Shown here piece after piece: positions 62,031 through 64,000 of a DNA stretch of 64,000 nucleotides. Every line of letters starts with the position of its first letter. Positions within the stretch are counted from its first letter, which is position 1. The DNA is from Mytilus edulis. Its lineage: Eukaryota. The notes beneath the pieces were generated by a model, which made no database searches, was not told the DNA's origin, and saw nothing but the letters and a program-made list of their open reading frames with translations. Both the position numbers and the translations under genes were made by a program. The stretch lies in contig NC_092352.1 of the NCBI RefSeq assembly GCF_963676685.1, positions 31,248,001 to 31,312,000 on the forward strand. The letters run 5' to 3'.

Positions 62031-63399
62031 ATAAACGACCATACAGGTGTGTTAACAAAGATCACTTTACATTTACACATGAAGTGTTTAGCATTATTAG
62101 ACATCAAAATAGCAAAGTCTTTTATGAAACGTTTTTTGTCGAGTGTTGTGTTTTGACGGTATGCATGTTCTTTCTATTAGTTTAATCTTTTATTATTAGA
62201 TCACAAGTCAAGTATGTGAACGATTACATGTCACCGCACGGCCTTCAACAATTATAAAAATCCCATATGTATAGAAAGCTTCAAAACGCCCCCAGTTGAC
62301 AAATAATTAAAAAGGGAAACTTTAATGCACGGCTTGATTTGTGGTTAATAAGTATTTATAACGAAAATTTATTACGAACAGCCACCAACAACAACAACCA
62401 CTTGATTTTTATTAAACGGTAATCTTTACTTAAGATATGCACAAACACTTTAGTGTTTCTGTTGTTTCGTTGTTTTCCTCTTATATTTGATATGTTTCCC
62501 TCAGTTTTAGTCTGTAACCCGGATTTTTCTTCTCTCAATCGAGAGATGTGTTTTATTCATGACGAAACAATTATTGTTACTGGAAATTCTTAGGTGTCAA
62601 GATCACAACCGGCATCTGGAATTTGTGTACTTTGAAAATACAAAAGCGTGACGTATGAATTGAGATATGCAAACGTTATACTATATCGGCCAGAAGAAAT
62701 GTTACTGCAGAGAAATAGGATAGCTGAAATTATCACGTTAGATTCTAATGTGTTGTCGTCCATTTGTGTCCATATCAAGGATAAGACCAACAGAAAACAG
62801 AGATTCAAGCATGGGAAGCGTCTTTAATTTCGGGTTCCCTGTGATATATTAGATACAAGAACACCATAATCTGTAGGTTGACTGGGCAACATGGATCTAT
62901 CCGAAGGGATTAAAAGACTGGAACAATGCATAATGATACTTCTTTGAGAAAACTTTGTATAAATACTGCTTCATGTAATTTAAAAAAACAGGTCGATCAG
63001 TAGAGGTGTACAATTAGTATCCATTGGATTACTGACTGTTCACTGAGATATCAATTAATTAAACTCAAGCTTTTATCCATTGTTTAAGACAAAAATATAT
63101 CTTTAATTCTGGATTATTAAATGCATAAGCGTCTAAATATTACCAATAATTATCAATTTGTCTTTAAAGGCAACAAACAAGGCCAAATAACATACCGTAT
63201 TGACAAAACCTTCAATCAGTTCAGATGAATCGCTCCCTTATTACAGTCGGAAAAAAAATCACTTTATTGCAACAAATAAATTTAGATGTATTTTATGGTA
63301 TTGACGTTTATGAAACTTCTGACGTATCAATCAATTTTTTTTTATAAAAAGTCCTGAATAATTAAAAAAAAAACCCAGCAAATCATCTTGAACAAGATC

Positions 63400-64000
63400 A
63401 AAACAAAAGCCAAACGTCCTGATTCAGACCGGAATAATCGCCAATCTTTTCAAATGAGATAAAAATCATTACAAATTACCAAAAAGTGAGACCAGAACTG
63501 CAGTCATTTAGCTTATATTAAATAAGCACTTATCATCCTAATTCAGATCAAAACAACACCAATCACCAAAAATCAAGCCAGAATAACAACCAGTCTCCGT
63601 AAACTATACCAGAACAATAACAATCAATCATAAATAAGATCAGAATCACAACCAATCATCCAACATCAGACCAGAACAAACAACCGATCATCCTACATCA
63701 GACAATATCAACAACCAATCATCCTGAATCTGATAAGAACAACAACCAATCATCCTGAATCTGATAAGAACAACAACCAATCATCCTGAATCTAATCAGA
63801 ACAACATCCCATTATCCTGAATCTGATACTAGCAACAACCGATCATTCCAAATTAGTCCAGCACATCAACCAATCATCATGATTATGATCAGAACAACAA
63901 CCAATTATCCTGAATCTGATCAGAACAACAATCAATCATCGTAAATCAGTTCAAATCAACAACCATTCATCCTAAATTAGATCAGAGCAACTACAAATCA
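63400..64000. repeat. Degenerate minisatellite of about 31 bp, running off the window edge
   Basis: Consensus GAACAACAACCAATCATCCTGAATCTGATCA. Confidence 0.8.

Overview
AT-rich animal genomic DNA. The repeat content and the gene family point to a bivalve mollusc, probably a Mytilus-like mussel (inference). The window holds a tandem cluster of ten intact, highly divergent Cys-loop ligand-gated ion channel (nAChR-like) genes. Eight have single-exon CDSs and two share one phase-0 intron. All lack the loop C vicinal cysteines and have a shortened loop C; they vary strongly in loops A/B/E and in the M2 pore, and two lack the -1' Glu. The cluster is a candidate chemosensory receptor array analogous to cephalopod chemotactile receptors. 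There is also one orphan gene with a 17-aa RRxS repeat. Intergenic DNA contains: a 357-bp tandem retrozyme array with four type I hammerhead ribozymes, inserted into a Penelope-like RT remnant; further solo or decayed hammerheads; a tRNA-Leu-headed 424-bp tandem unit with a covarying stem; a defective MULE transposon; several non-autonomous DNA transposons with intact TSDs; and many minisatellites. All calls were read by eye and no searches were run.
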